Assembly: GCA_012295275.1 (NCBI GenBank)
Contig: CM022672.1
Coordinates: 24,056,001-24,120,000 of the forward strand
Direction of reading: 5' to 3'
Source: Chrysomallon squamiferum
Lineage: Eukaryota; Animalia; Mollusca
Length of the DNA: 64,000 bases
A program made the translations under genes and the position numbers. The notes beneath the pieces are model-generated. The model was not told the origin of the DNA. It saw only the letters and a program-made list of their open reading frames with translations, and searched no databases. Each line of letters starts with the position of its first letter. Position 1 is the first letter of the stretch. Of the stretch, positions 41,501 through 54,981 are shown piece after piece.

Positions 41501-43056
41501 GTGATTCTCCTAAATGTATCTACAGCATGACTGGAAATAAGTTTTAATAATGCATTAACAGCACAGATTTATTCTTTAGTAAACGGTATATATTATATTG
41601 CAATTCTAAATGTATATAAATTTGTTCACAATGTTGCTATTTTGCTTTAAATTATGTGTTATTTGAAATTAGCTTACTTGTAGTATGTTAATTCTTGTTA
41701 TGGTGTTGCTTAGAAATTCCCTTTTAATTGTTTCTGTTATTTACTTAAGACAATGCCTCAAAAACAAAACAAGAGCCTCTGTATATAACATCATAATTGT
41801 CAAATAATGATATTCTTGTTAATCTATAAAGAAATCTGTTTGTTGTCCATTCTAATGGTGATATAAATAATAATCTCTTGAAATGTTTACCAAAATTTAG
41901 CTGTTCATTTTGTCAGAACAGAAAATAATTATTATTATTATTTTTGTTTTTGGCTAAAACATATTAAAAATTACCCTGTCAATAGTTTTAAAGGAATTCA
42001 GATGCATAATGATATAATTAATATTAGATTTGAAATACACAGATCATTCCTTTTGTTTTTCAATATAAAATGTAAAGAAGTATTGCTTTTCTGGTATTAT
42101 ATTAGTGTAAATAATAGTTTAAAGAAGAAAATAATGTAAAGTATTTGAAATGAATTGTTAACTAAATTGTTTTCTTTTTTTAGTTTTTAACTTTTGCTCT
42201 TATTAAAATCAGTATGACTTTGTAGACATTTAATAATTGCACTATGATTGTACACGTCAAATTTGAATAACATTCATTGCATTTCTGTTTTTATTAGGCA
42301 TTATTTTAGAAAATACTGAGAAAATTAAATTAAATTTAGGTATAAAGTAAATTTCTTTTTCTGTAACTTTTTAAAACTATTGCAGCATTTTGATTAATTA
42401 AGAATGTAATGAATATATTTTCATGTCTATATATATATTTTTTTATTATTATTAATTTTAGGTTTTTTTCACTTATCTTCTCTCCAACTTTTTATAGATA
42501 CAAATAAATTTGAAATATTTCTAGAATACCAGTTGAATATTTGTTAAAGATTTTTTATTGCTTAAATTCCAGCAGATGGTGTAGTAGCCGCTGTTGTAAA
42601 TGTTGACGTTTGTACATTGGTTTTGTTTCAAAGTGGTGACAGTTCTGAGCAACCATTGTTAGCTACATAACACTATTGTTTTTGAAATTTTCTTCATTGT
42701 CTCTGTGTAAATATTTTACTTTAATGCAATTGTACATAAATGGCAACTATAACAAATGTGTTTTGTTATTTATTTACAGTTTTTGAAATGTACTTCTTTA
42801 TTATCGTTATCATCATTATCATTATTATTATTACATTCAATCCTCCTCATAATACCGACATCCGTACTCAACTGATAATGTATTTCCTGAGATCGTGAAT
42901 CACTTCACGGATAAAATATCAATACTGACTCCAGACAGCTCAGTGCTTTCCCATTTGTTTTACAAAATAACAAAAAGTATGCTCTGTCGAATCAAAGCGT
43001 TTGCTGATAGTGGATACATGATATGGGGTCGGCGTTACAAAGAGATTTACCATTAC

Positions 43057-43116
<60 letters not shown>

Positions 43117-43254
43117 AGAATTATGTTGTTAATATCAATCAAAGTATTTAAGATTCGAACTGAACTATATTTCTATGATAAATAAAAATAGTAAGTGACT
43201 CTCTGCCCCAGTCATGCTCGTAAAAGTTGAGCATTCGCGCGGCCCAAAATAATT

Positions 43255-43304
<50 letters not shown>

Positions 43305-44617
43305 CAAAATGAAGCCCTTAGGAATATCGATAACTAAGGAAACAATTACTATAGACTTTCTGCAAGAAAAAGTGGAAACTGCCAACAAAACGCTTTAGAC
43401 TTCATGAGATATAAAAGTCAAATAATATCTGAATGTTAATAAGAAAGAGGAAACTCGCTTGCTAGCTTTCTTTTTCAGTGGGTACATGGTATACATCTCT
43501 TAGGAAAAGATTTAACAAGACTTAATAAAATGGTCGTGAGAAATCGACTAGATAGAAGTGTTTCCATGATTTCATTAAAGCGATATTTTCAGAATATTTT
43601 AGAGATAAAGAGAAAAATTTTTTAGCCGCACAACCTCATACTTCCACATTTATTCGACGGTCTTTCCTAGAAAACTAAACTCGTAACCAACAATTTTGTA
43701 TAAATTCTGTATCGCGACTTTTGTAACCACAAATATGCAACCACCCCCAAAACAAAAACCCACAAAAAAACAACAACATAAGATATGCAAAAAAAATAAA
43801 ATAAAGAAACGAACAAACAAAAATCACATGTCACTATATTAAATCCACTAAATTATCTAATACTAATTTATAATACTTTAAAATATTTCATAAAAACCGA
43901 TATAAAATTTATCGATTAATATTTTCTGATGTGTTAAATGAACTGAAGACATAATTTCTGGTTCTAAACGAAAAACAAACTTAATAATTATCATTCATTT
44001 CACTTTTATTATACTTAGCTTACACTATAGTCTGATCAAAAGAGTTTATAGATAAAATTAATGAGCACTTTATTAGAAGACAAATATATGTCAAAACAAC
44101 AGAAAATTACGTTAACGTTACAAAGAACTGAGTAATACATATGGCATATTTCGCTAAAATATTCGCTGCAGAATGATTATGACATTGTCAGGTTAATAGC
44201 CATGTATTAATGTATGTTAAAAACCTTATATTTTTAAATAAACATCTGAACAGCAGATGAATCAAACACAACAAATGAAAGTAACAGCCGTTCAGTTCAC
44301 GTCAGAGTTCTTCATACATCTGTGAATATTTTCTAAATGGTAATTGTTAAATATTAATGGTTAGCATATACAGAAAGAGATAACTTAATTTGGTAAATAA
44401 ATATTTGAAATTTAATAGAGAGTTTTATTGTCATCACCAACACGTGTTTAAAATAAATACGGAATATTCCAAATTGTCGAGACTCAGCATTTGGGTTATT
44501 TCCCATTCATATCAGTTATCCAAACGTAACGCTTTCCTGACTGTGATAAGATACCATAATCAAAACTCTTGTAATTAACTGACAGAAGTAGCCTAATGAG
44601 TTAACAGAGTTATTGCC

Positions 44618-44619
<2 letters not shown>

Positions 44620-44703
<84 letters not shown>
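44620..44703 (+). repeat. (CA)n microsatellite
   Basis: Direct inspection. Confidence 0.95.
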
Positions 44704-44992
44704 TCTTATCTTAACTATAAATAAAATAAAATGAATTGGAAATTTCATTAAACTCATTTAAACAACCTCTTTATTGGCGTGTTGTTTCTATTCAATTTAG
44801 AGTTCAAAGCACTTCGTAACTCGATAAACCAACAAACCATCTTAATACTGTCTTCTTGCTGAAAAGGTAACCGTTAAAAATAATGTCAATATATGTGTGG
44901 GTTTTTTTTCTCGAGGATTACAATTGTTTGTTGAAGCATCAAGACATAACGAGTGTGCTCAATGCACATCATCGCGCAGACGTCTAACAATA

Positions 44993-45006
44993 GTTTCTAT
45001 GGAAAT
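44993..45006 (+). promoter_or_regulatory. RFX X-box-like palindrome at the presumed promoter / 5' exon of the IQCM-like gene
   Basis: GTTTCTATGGAAAT versus the X-box consensus GTTNCYATGGNAAC, ~85 nt upstream of a strong CAG|GTATGT donor at 45090. Confidence 0.55.
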
Positions 45007-45401
45007 GAGTCGATATATTTGCTAAACAAATGCATGCTGACGAACAGGATCAGAAGACCAGATATGACAAGAACATCACAAAGTGTACAGGTATGTAAAT
45101 TCAATTTTCTTACGATAAATATTTCACGTATGGAAATAGAATTAGCCAACTTCATTAACATTAACACTCAAATTTGTCTTCATACTTGACTAACAGTTGA
45201 TATTGGTTTAGAAAACATCTTACTTTGGCAGGACAAGTACCTTATAATTCAGAAAAAGGTTTGCTTTAAATTTCAGTTATCATTGATTTTTTTTCAACGT
45301 ACTTTATTTAACGGTCGACATCATGATAATGGCTTCAGAATTCAAGCGCTTTCAGATTAATTTTAAAACAGTTTCTTTTTTTCTTCTGTTTAGCCTATTT
45401 A

Positions 45402-45451
<50 letters not shown>

Positions 45452-45835
45452 GTTTTTTGGAGGGAGTTTTTGCTGATTCTGTTTTTGGGTAATAAGCAGG
45501 AATCTTTACTTTTTATTTTTTTTTCTTTCACAGAGAAAAAGAACAAAATGTTATAAAGAGAAAAATTGACTATGGCTTCCCTTAAAAATGTGTTAAGATG
45601 ATAATGCATGCTATGTAACAACATTTAATTCCAAGTAACGTCTTGATCATTCTGGCAAAAATTCTCCATTTCTTGTTCTTTAAAGAAAATGAAAATATAT
45701 CAAATATTTAATAAATAATTTATTATTATTTTTATTATTATTATTTATTTAAATGACTCGTTATTAAGTATTACATTAATTTGTTTTATCTAATTTCTCA
45801 TACAGCAATCACTGAACAACATCGTTGTTTAAACG

Positions 45836-46147
45836 ATGAATGAAGCGGACATTCTGAGCAAACATGTCCTGTTCCAAAAAAGCTGGACGGGCTGGTCGTG
45901 TAGCCATGGACTTCCCGTTAAATCAAAGTGTAACTCTCTAGCACTCTCGAGCAAGTCGAAGAAAGATTTAATACACAGCAGTACGGACAACAGTAGGAGG
46001 TTCTCACAAGTCAGCGTTGAAAATTGCAGGAGGTATTCATACAACAGCACGGGAAACGCATCTCCACGATTTGGCATCTCACTGCAAGATATCTCATCCG
46101 TGACGTCAGATAAAACCACCAATGTCCAATCCTGGATTGAAAACTCG
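45836..46147 (+). CDS. IQCM-like first coding exon (MNEADILSKH...WIENS)
   Basis: Acceptor TACAG at 45805, in-frame stop just upstream of ATG 45836, donor G|GTATTT. Confidence 0.7.
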
Positions 46148-46403
46148 GTATTTAGTTATTTATTTTTGTTACTGATTTTTTTTTTTTTTATATAAAAAAA
46201 AAAAAAAATAAAAAACAAAAAAACCCCAGTTATTTATTTTAATATATGCACAAACCAAAAAAAAACAACGACAAAATTAAATAAATATAAATAAAAATTA
46301 ATAATAATAATAAAATAAAATAATAACATATTTCCATTGTTATTTGGATCATTTTTTTTTTTTTTTTTCTCTCCTTCGTCTTATTTTTGTTTTTGTTTTT
46401 ATT

Positions 46404-46456
<53 letters not shown>

Positions 46457-47234
46457 GAAATGCAGTGTGAAATTTAAACTAAAATTTAATTACAGTAATC
46501 ATAAAAACAGTCAACGTTCTAGTTTACCGATGAAGCTGGACTATGAACAGACAAAATTAATTGAAAGACACGTTATAAATCCCACCTGAACAGTTACACT
46601 TCACAGACCAAAACACAAAAATATAATATTTATGACAGTTTCGTTTTCAACCATCTGAATAATAAATAATTCCTTTGAGACAGCATTGTATTCTGTCATT
46701 TACTTGTGTGATAAATAATATATTTGCACAATTGTCATACAGGCATTATTATTGTTGTTGTAACAACGTGATTACATTTGACACCAAACCTTCACAGAGA
46801 AAGAGATATTCGACACATTCAGAAACCAAGTTAAAACAGAAGTCGAATTAAAATTAAATAGATATTATACATCTACATAATCAAAATACAGTAATATTAA
46901 TGTTTATTATTAATAACTGGACAAATAAATCCAAATACTTAATTATTAACAATAATAATTATATTATTTTCTTCTTTTAAAAAAAAAATAATAATAATCA
47001 ATTATCTAATCTAGCTATTAAAACTTTTTTTTTTATTTTAATAAATTAGTTTAGGTCTAGATAAAGAGGCTTTTGTTTGGATAGTAATTCTGAAAAAGAA
47101 AAAAAAAGAATTGAATATGATTAAAATAAATGGAAAATAACAATAATAATAGTACAGTTACATTTATATATTTTATTTGTTGTTTTGGTCCAGTATTTTT
47201 ATTTTATTATTTTTATTTACCTGTTTTGATTGAT

Positions 47235-47277
<43 letters not shown>

Positions 47278-47347
47278 TTATTATTTTCAAATGTTTTTAT
47301 TTTATTTTATTTTATTACTTTTTTCTTTTCTTTTTTATCAATTATTA

Positions 47348-47409
<62 letters not shown>

Positions 47410-48076
47410 TTTACGATATTATTAAACTAACTGCAAGAGCTTAAATTCTGTTTAGTCTATTTTACCGTTTTATTTTCTGTACACACTAAAAGAATCGAAA
47501 AGGATCTATAGCATCCAGAGCTACGTATGTGATATCTAGCAGTGCGGCAAGCAACGACAACAGCAGCAGCACGTGGCAAACCACGTTGGACGAAAGAAGA
47601 AATCAGAGAGTTGGCAGAAGCAGACCTTGGAAAGAGGAAGTTCCAAAAATAAAATCTAATAAGAATACCAAAGTTGGTAAGCTTTTCCTTTATTTTAATT
47701 TTTAATTTTTTAATTTTTAATATTCTCTTTGTTATTTCATCTCGCTTAGGACAGTTTTCACAGTTTTTGAAAGAAAGTCTGTATCAGGTTCAGCAGGTTT
47801 TGTTTTAGTGGCGAACAACAGATTTTAATACAGTAATGTTTGAATATCAGCGAAACTGAAAAAGAGTTTTGTAAAACAGCACTTTAATTATACAGCAACG
47901 ATAACATCAGTAGCGGCAGAAGCAACAACAACGACAACAATAACAACAACAATAATAACAATAGCAACTGCGTATGGTTAAAATTTATCTATTAATTTCT
48001 TGTTGCTGTTGTTGTAATTGTTTATTTTACTTTTGTTACTGTTGTTACTGTAGATGTTTTAAATTCATCTGAGATT

Positions 48077-48119
<43 letters not shown>

Positions 48120-48630
48120 AATATTTTATGAGAAATTTCTGCCAAAGGGAAAATGGCTGGAGTACAAAAAGAGAGAATACGTGACAAACTCTCGCTATGG
48201 AAACATCTACGAGATTCGGTCAGTGGATTTTTCTTAAACAGTCTTCAAATGTCTTCTTTAATCATTTTATTTTTTTATTTTTTTTTTAATTTATGTATGA
48301 AATTTTGTTGTTGTTGTTGCTCTGGGTGGGTTGAGGGTTTTATTTTTGTTCTCACTGCTAACTATACTTTATATTTTATTTTATTTTATTTTGTTTACAG
48401 AAGGAAAATGCCGCCAAGGAAAAAGACTCCACCCACCGGAGTCTCGTGGCTTTGGGAAAATGAATACAGATTATGGCGCCTTGAAATGGACAGAAACAAA
48501 AGAAAAATGGAATCAGAATCTATTCCACGAAACAGCACAAGGTAGAACAAACAAACAAACAAACAAAAAAAAATATATATATATAAAAACTTCACCATAA
48601 CTTCAAACAAGCTCTTCTGAAGGAAAGAAA

Positions 48631-48667
<37 letters not shown>

Positions 48668-49006
48668 GAAAAAAAATAGAAAAAAAAAATAAAAAAATAA
48701 AATAAATAAAGAATTAAAAGACGGGAAAATGCAGCGCGAATTAGTTAGTCGATTATTTTAAACGTGGTTATGGTCAATAAACGTTCTAGCACATTTATCA
48801 TACATACCTGCCTAAATGTATATTAAAGAGAAGAGAGGTGAAGTAGTCTTGATGTTAGTGTGATAGAGAGAGAGATGGGAGTAAAGTAGTTGTGATTTTA
48901 GTGTGACTGAGAGAGAGAGAGAGAGGGGGGGAGTAAAGTAGTTGTGATGTTAGTGTGATTGAGAGAGAGAGAGAGATGGGAGTAAAGTAGTTGTGATGTT
49001 AGTGTG

Positions 49007-49084
<78 letters not shown>

Positions 49085-49208
49085 GAGAGAGAGAGAGGGA
49101 GTTAGTGATGTTAGTGTGATTGAGAGAGAGAGATGGGAGTAAAGTAGTTGTGATGTTAGTGTGATTGAGAGAGAGATGGGAGTAAAGTAGTTGTGATGTT
49201 AGTGTGAC

Positions 49209-49275
<67 letters not shown>

Positions 49276-49980
49276 GAGTAAAGTAGTAGTGATGTTAGTG
49301 TGATTGAGAGAGAGAGAGAGATGGGAGTAAAGTAGTTGTGATGTTAGTGTGATTGAGAGAGAGAGAGAGATGGGAGTAAAGTAGTTGTGATGTTAGTGTG
49401 ATTGAGAGAGAGATGGGAGTAAAGTAGTTGTGATGTTAGTGTGATTGAGAGAGAGAGAGAGAGATGGGAGTAAAGTAGTTGTGATCTTAGTGTGTTAGAG
49501 GAAAGAGACGTAAAATAGTGTTAATGTTAATGTTAACGATGTGAAGTAGTCGTAATGTTAATATGTTAGAGGGAAGAGAGGTTAGATATTACTAATTAAA
49601 ACTTTTTATTTTGTAATAGTGGCAGTTTAGAGACAAACCGAGGTCAAACATCGACCAGAAGACGGAAAATAAATGAATTATCCAAACCGCATGCGGATCT
49701 TTTTGCGTAAGTATATTTTATATTAGAGCAGTTAAATGATTAAACTGACACCACTACTTCCTGCAAGTAAACATACAAATAACTGTTTTGTCGTCAATCG
49801 CAAATCGCTTAACAATTTATATTTACCACACATATCATTATTTCCTTACGTGTCGTCATATCAATAATAGATTTGTTCTCCATTATCCATGTTAAACCAT
49901 TAAAAAGGATAAAAAAGACTAAATTAAGCAATCTCCCATTTGATGTGTCATTTTTTTTTCAGGTGGCTATTTAATGTTTT

Positions 49981-50059
<79 letters not shown>

Positions 50060-51039
50060 ATGTATATTTTATGTATTCGTTAGGTATATCTATATTTTAT
50101 ATATTCAGTAGCTAGCTATTATATATTTAGAACGTACATTTTATATATTCGGTACGTGTATTGTGTATTCAGTACGTGTATTTTGTATATTCAGAAGGTA
50201 CAATTCTTTCCGACTGGACAAACAAAGAAGACAGACAGCTGCTACAGTCATACAGAAAATCGTTCGAGGCTGGCTTGTACGACATCGAATAAAGCAGCTT
50301 AAAAGACAAGTACATTTACATTTACTCTTGATAGTTAAGTCTTGGGTATTGAAAAATTCTTTTATCAGTATATTATTATGTTTAGACAACGTATTCATCA
50401 TTTTTATATTTTGTCATCATCATTATTGTTATTGTTGTTATCACTGTGGTTTGTTACTATATCTGACTTATTAATCTGTATCGTGAGAACAGAAACACCA
50501 TTAATTTACAAAGGAATACATCATTTTAATTAAAATTTGTGCATCTGTATATTTATATCTTTGCTAAGTGTATAATTTTTCATGTCGGTATGGATGTATG
50601 TGATAGTGTGTGTGTGTGTGTGTGTGGTTTGTGTGTTTGTGTGTGTTTGTGTTAGCAAACAATCATAATTCTTCACTTTAGAGATAACTCGTAATAAAAC
50701 AAAATATTTATTTTGCTGCAGACATACTTCATACCAATGAATTAAAATTTTTGCATACTAAAGATTAAAGGTACTGTCGTTTAAGATTTGTACAGTGTTT
50801 TGTTATCTAATAAAGAACAAAAGAAGAAACCTAAATATAAAATGTCACAGAAATTATTCTACTGAACGAAACTGGTTCTTTAAATAGAGCAAAATATTTT
50901 TAGTCAGGGGAGTTGATGATCGTTGAAGCAAGTTTTTTCATTGATTTTTCTTTGATTTATTTAATTATAAAGCTATATTTAACCATACCTTTTGATTTAA
51001 CATCGGTTAACACGAAATTTTCATGTTCCTTTGATGTTA

Positions 51040-51099
<60 letters not shown>

Positions 51100-51981
51100 G
51101 ATTATTTTATTTTATTTTATTTTATTTTGATTATAATGATGATGATGATGATCCGATATAAAATAACTTTGGAGAAGATTTATAAAGCATTTTTTTCTTA
51201 TTTATTTATTAATTTATTTATTTTTAGTTTTATTATTTATTTATTTTAGTTATTTTTAATTATTATTATTATTTTTTTTTTTTTAAATTTTATTATTATT
51301 ATTATTTTTTTTTTTTTTTTTTTTTTTTGCTTTGGTGTAATATTTATATATATTTTTAATAATTTTCTCGAGTCATATAATTATAAATAAAATAAAGGGT
51401 CCAGTAACTGCAGGTTTGAGTTGTTGAAACGTTAAACTGAAGAATGTAATTACATACTGAAGTTTATGATAAACTAAACCAGATCCATGTAGTACAAGTT
51501 ATTTGTTTTCTCTGATTCTTTCTTGCTTTCTTATATTTTATATTCTTACTTTATTAATCTGTTTACATATATCCATGATTTTTCTTTATTGTTTAACAGC
51601 TTTTTGTCCTATAAGCATTATTTGTATACGCTTTTATTTCATTTATAATCACAAAGTGTGTAACGTTCAGGTTTAGAAACAAATTACTTTAGACAACATT
51701 AATGAAAAAAATCTCTATATAAAACGAATTGTCGATCATCAGAAGTAGTTTTGAGAGGAAACTAAAGATAATGAAAAAGAAATATTACAATGCGATGTCT
51801 GTGAATCAGTTCATGAATGGAATTAAGTCATGCTCCACTAACACATCTATTATTTATTAAACATGTACATCTGAGATCGTATGACAACTGCAAAGGTACC
51901 AGTCGATTAATGCTGAATGGTTTCCATTATTCTATGGATTTTTGTTTATAGTAGCAACCAGAGAACAAATACACTAGAAGC

Positions 51982-52022
<41 letters not shown>

Positions 52023-52321
52023 CACACACACACGAATGCTCGCATATTTGTGCCAAACATCTAACGGCAACATTTTTCAGAACAATCGAAAGGAGACACA
52101 GGTGTTGTGAGCTGTAGGATTAGTCTTACACTGAACTTTAACTGGGCTCATTCTACACTGGGTTTATAGATGCATATAAAATAATACTTGCTGTGAGACA
52201 AATACAGTATCCCTTGAAAAAGAATGGGTTTTATGTTACCACTGATACCTTGAAACAGGGACAGATAATAATAACAATAAAATCTGTTGAGTATTTACTA
52301 ATTTATTAGTATCTATTTCTG

Positions 52322-52358
<37 letters not shown>

Positions 52359-52445
52359 GTATGTATATGTATATGTATATGCATATTAGCCATTTGTTTA
52401 TCAATGTATCTTTTAATCTATCTATCTACCTAACTATATCTATAT

Positions 52446-52500
<55 letters not shown>

Positions 52501-52903
52501 TCGATGCAGACAGAGATAAAAAATCATGCGAAGAGATAAACAAATGGTTAAAATGTATTGAAATAAACTCACCTAACTTGTCACAAAAGATTTGTGCATC
52601 CGTAACAACAAAATTAAACAACAAAATTTCTGTTTATGTATTAAAAATTTACCATCAACACTGGCCATGCGAAAAGAGATGAAAGTTCAGACGAAAGCTG
52701 ACACAGTGCTAAATAATTTAAAACAAATAAGATATTTCTCATGAGCATTTTAAAAATACCCACAAAACCTTTTTGTAATATCCTTGATAAATATACTTGT
52801 TTAAATTAAAATAATTGCATATCAAATTTTGCTTATATATATTTTTTTTAAATTAATAAAAAAAAAAATAAAAAAAAAAAATATATATATATATATGTGT
52901 GTA

Positions 52904-52937
<34 letters not shown>

Positions 52938-54295
52938 GCGTGTTGTTTTATTTGTAGAGTCTTCTCGCTTTGGGACAGTCCTGGCAGAGATTTGTAAAAG
53001 AGTATAAAGAGTTAGTAACTAGGATACAAGCCAGATATGGTGTGATGAGAACAGACTGTCCTTTTGATCTGCAACAAGTAAAGGAGTTTCTTGAGCGTAA
53101 AGAAAGTGAGACGTTTACACAAATATTTTCTAGTTATGTTTTTATTAAATATCACTTCTTTTTTTTTAACATATCAGAACGCACAAAATACTAATGTGGT
53201 GGTTTTAACTGGATACCTTTTACCTTGATCGATAGTTCTAGAACGGTAATGAAGTAATTAGATCGTTGATATCATCGGTTTTGTTTTCAACTATCTTGAA
53301 ACCTTGTAGTCTCCCGTTATTAAATTTATTCTTATTTTAGTGATATTTAATTTAACTAATTTTTATCATTTTTATATTCAATTGTTAACTTTTCAGGATA
53401 TGTACGTACTTTCGAGAGCATGTCGGATGCACGTGTGGAGAAGCTCCCGCGAGAGGATTTACCTGAATTCTTCCGAGCATGTGGCCTTCACCCAACAGAG
53501 GGCGAAATAAATGCGGCTTTTAATAATATCTTTAGAGGTAATAACAAAAACAAAACAGTTATGACTTCTGAAAAGTTGTTTTAGGCAAAATAATTATTTA
53601 ATTTTTCTTACGTTAAAGCTTTTAATAACATCTTTTGAGGTAATAATAAAACAAAACAGTTATTATTATTTATTCACTTTGTCTCAAAGTAAAGAATGTA
53701 ACATAATTTAACTGATTTGTCGAGCTGGGCACAATTGTGTTGTAACTTGTAACAGAATAATTCACTAGACACAGTAAAGCGGTCTTATTCACGTGATTGC
53801 TCTTCTCTCATTTTAGATGTTGAAGTTTTTATTTTGAGTTATATATTATTAATATGAAGTTTTATATTAACATGTAGTTTCTAAATAGACGGAATAATTA
53901 GGTGAATAACTAAAAAAAAAAAAACATTTGTGCCATTTCTTAGATTATCTGATTTCATTATTAATACGATTGTTACAATTGTTTTCACAGGTTCTGGAAA
54001 TACTGCTGAAGTCATCTTTGTTCTGGACTGCTCTGTTCTGATAGGACAAGTTAACTTCCAGAACCTAAAGCTATTCCTAAAGGATGTGATATCGCGGCTT
54101 GATGTGGCGCCAGACAGAGTCAGAGTTGGTTTTATTCCTTTCAGCGAGGACATGTTTCAAGCTTTTGGACTCACCAAGCATAACACCAAAGAGGCAGTAC
54201 TGGAAAACATAGGTGATATTTTTATTATTACTATTACATTTCTTTATTTTATTATTATTATTATTATTTTGTTGCGCTTATTTCTAACGGACTGC

Positions 54296-54326
<31 letters not shown>

Positions 54327-54931
54327 TAATAATAATAAAATAATAATAAAAAAATAATTTAAAGAAATAAAGAAATAAAAAAGAAATTTAGATAGATCTT
54401 CTGAAATTTAGATAAGTGACTTTTTTATCACTAATCGTGAGCCTGAATTTCCATTCTTTTCTTTCTTTTGTTTACAATAAAATACGAAGGTGACAGAGAA
54501 AATGACAAATCAATCAGAGCTAGGTGCTGTGAAGCACACCTATTTCAGCCACATTTTATTACAGACTAACATATATTAATACATAATAATAATTATGTTT
54601 CAGACCAAATCGAATTAAAGAGTGGCCTCACGAGAACTGATTTAGCTTTGAAGATGATGAGAGAAATGTTTCAGGTATGATAATGGATTCTTTTCATATA
54701 CTCGATTTTAATTTGTTCTTTTATCTAAAATGACGAAAAAAACAACAACCGAAGAACAAAATAATATTTACTGTCACTGACGCTGCAGATAGTATCATGT
54801 TGCTTTTTTCTCCCCACCTACCTGATATATTAATATGGAAAGCCAATGAATGAGCATTTGTTAATCAACACCTTATTGTATTTTAATGGCAATATTTCTA
54901 AAAACAAATCATGGCAGTTAAATTAAATTAA

Positions 54932-54981
<50 letters not shown>

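Noticed and set aside
42895-43050. Minus-strand peptide ISKRFDSTEH faintly like the LINE reverse-transcriptase motif KAFDSV
   Set aside because: Too short, and the flanking frames are closed with no other RT motifs.
43195-43760. CpG-containing intergenic block with a small hairpin (ATGCTC...GAGCAT) and long poly-T
   Set aside because: May be a repeat fragment, but there are no matching termini, ORF or RNA-gene motifs.
45829-46122. 97-aa minus-strand ORF (also 3151..3372 +, 9032..9289 +, 16360..16746 +)
   Set aside because: Antisense shadows of real exons.
48833-49500. Repeat-spacer pattern resembling a CRISPR array
   Set aside because: The spacers are (GA)n tracts rather than unique sequence, there are no cas genes, and the context is a eukaryotic intron.
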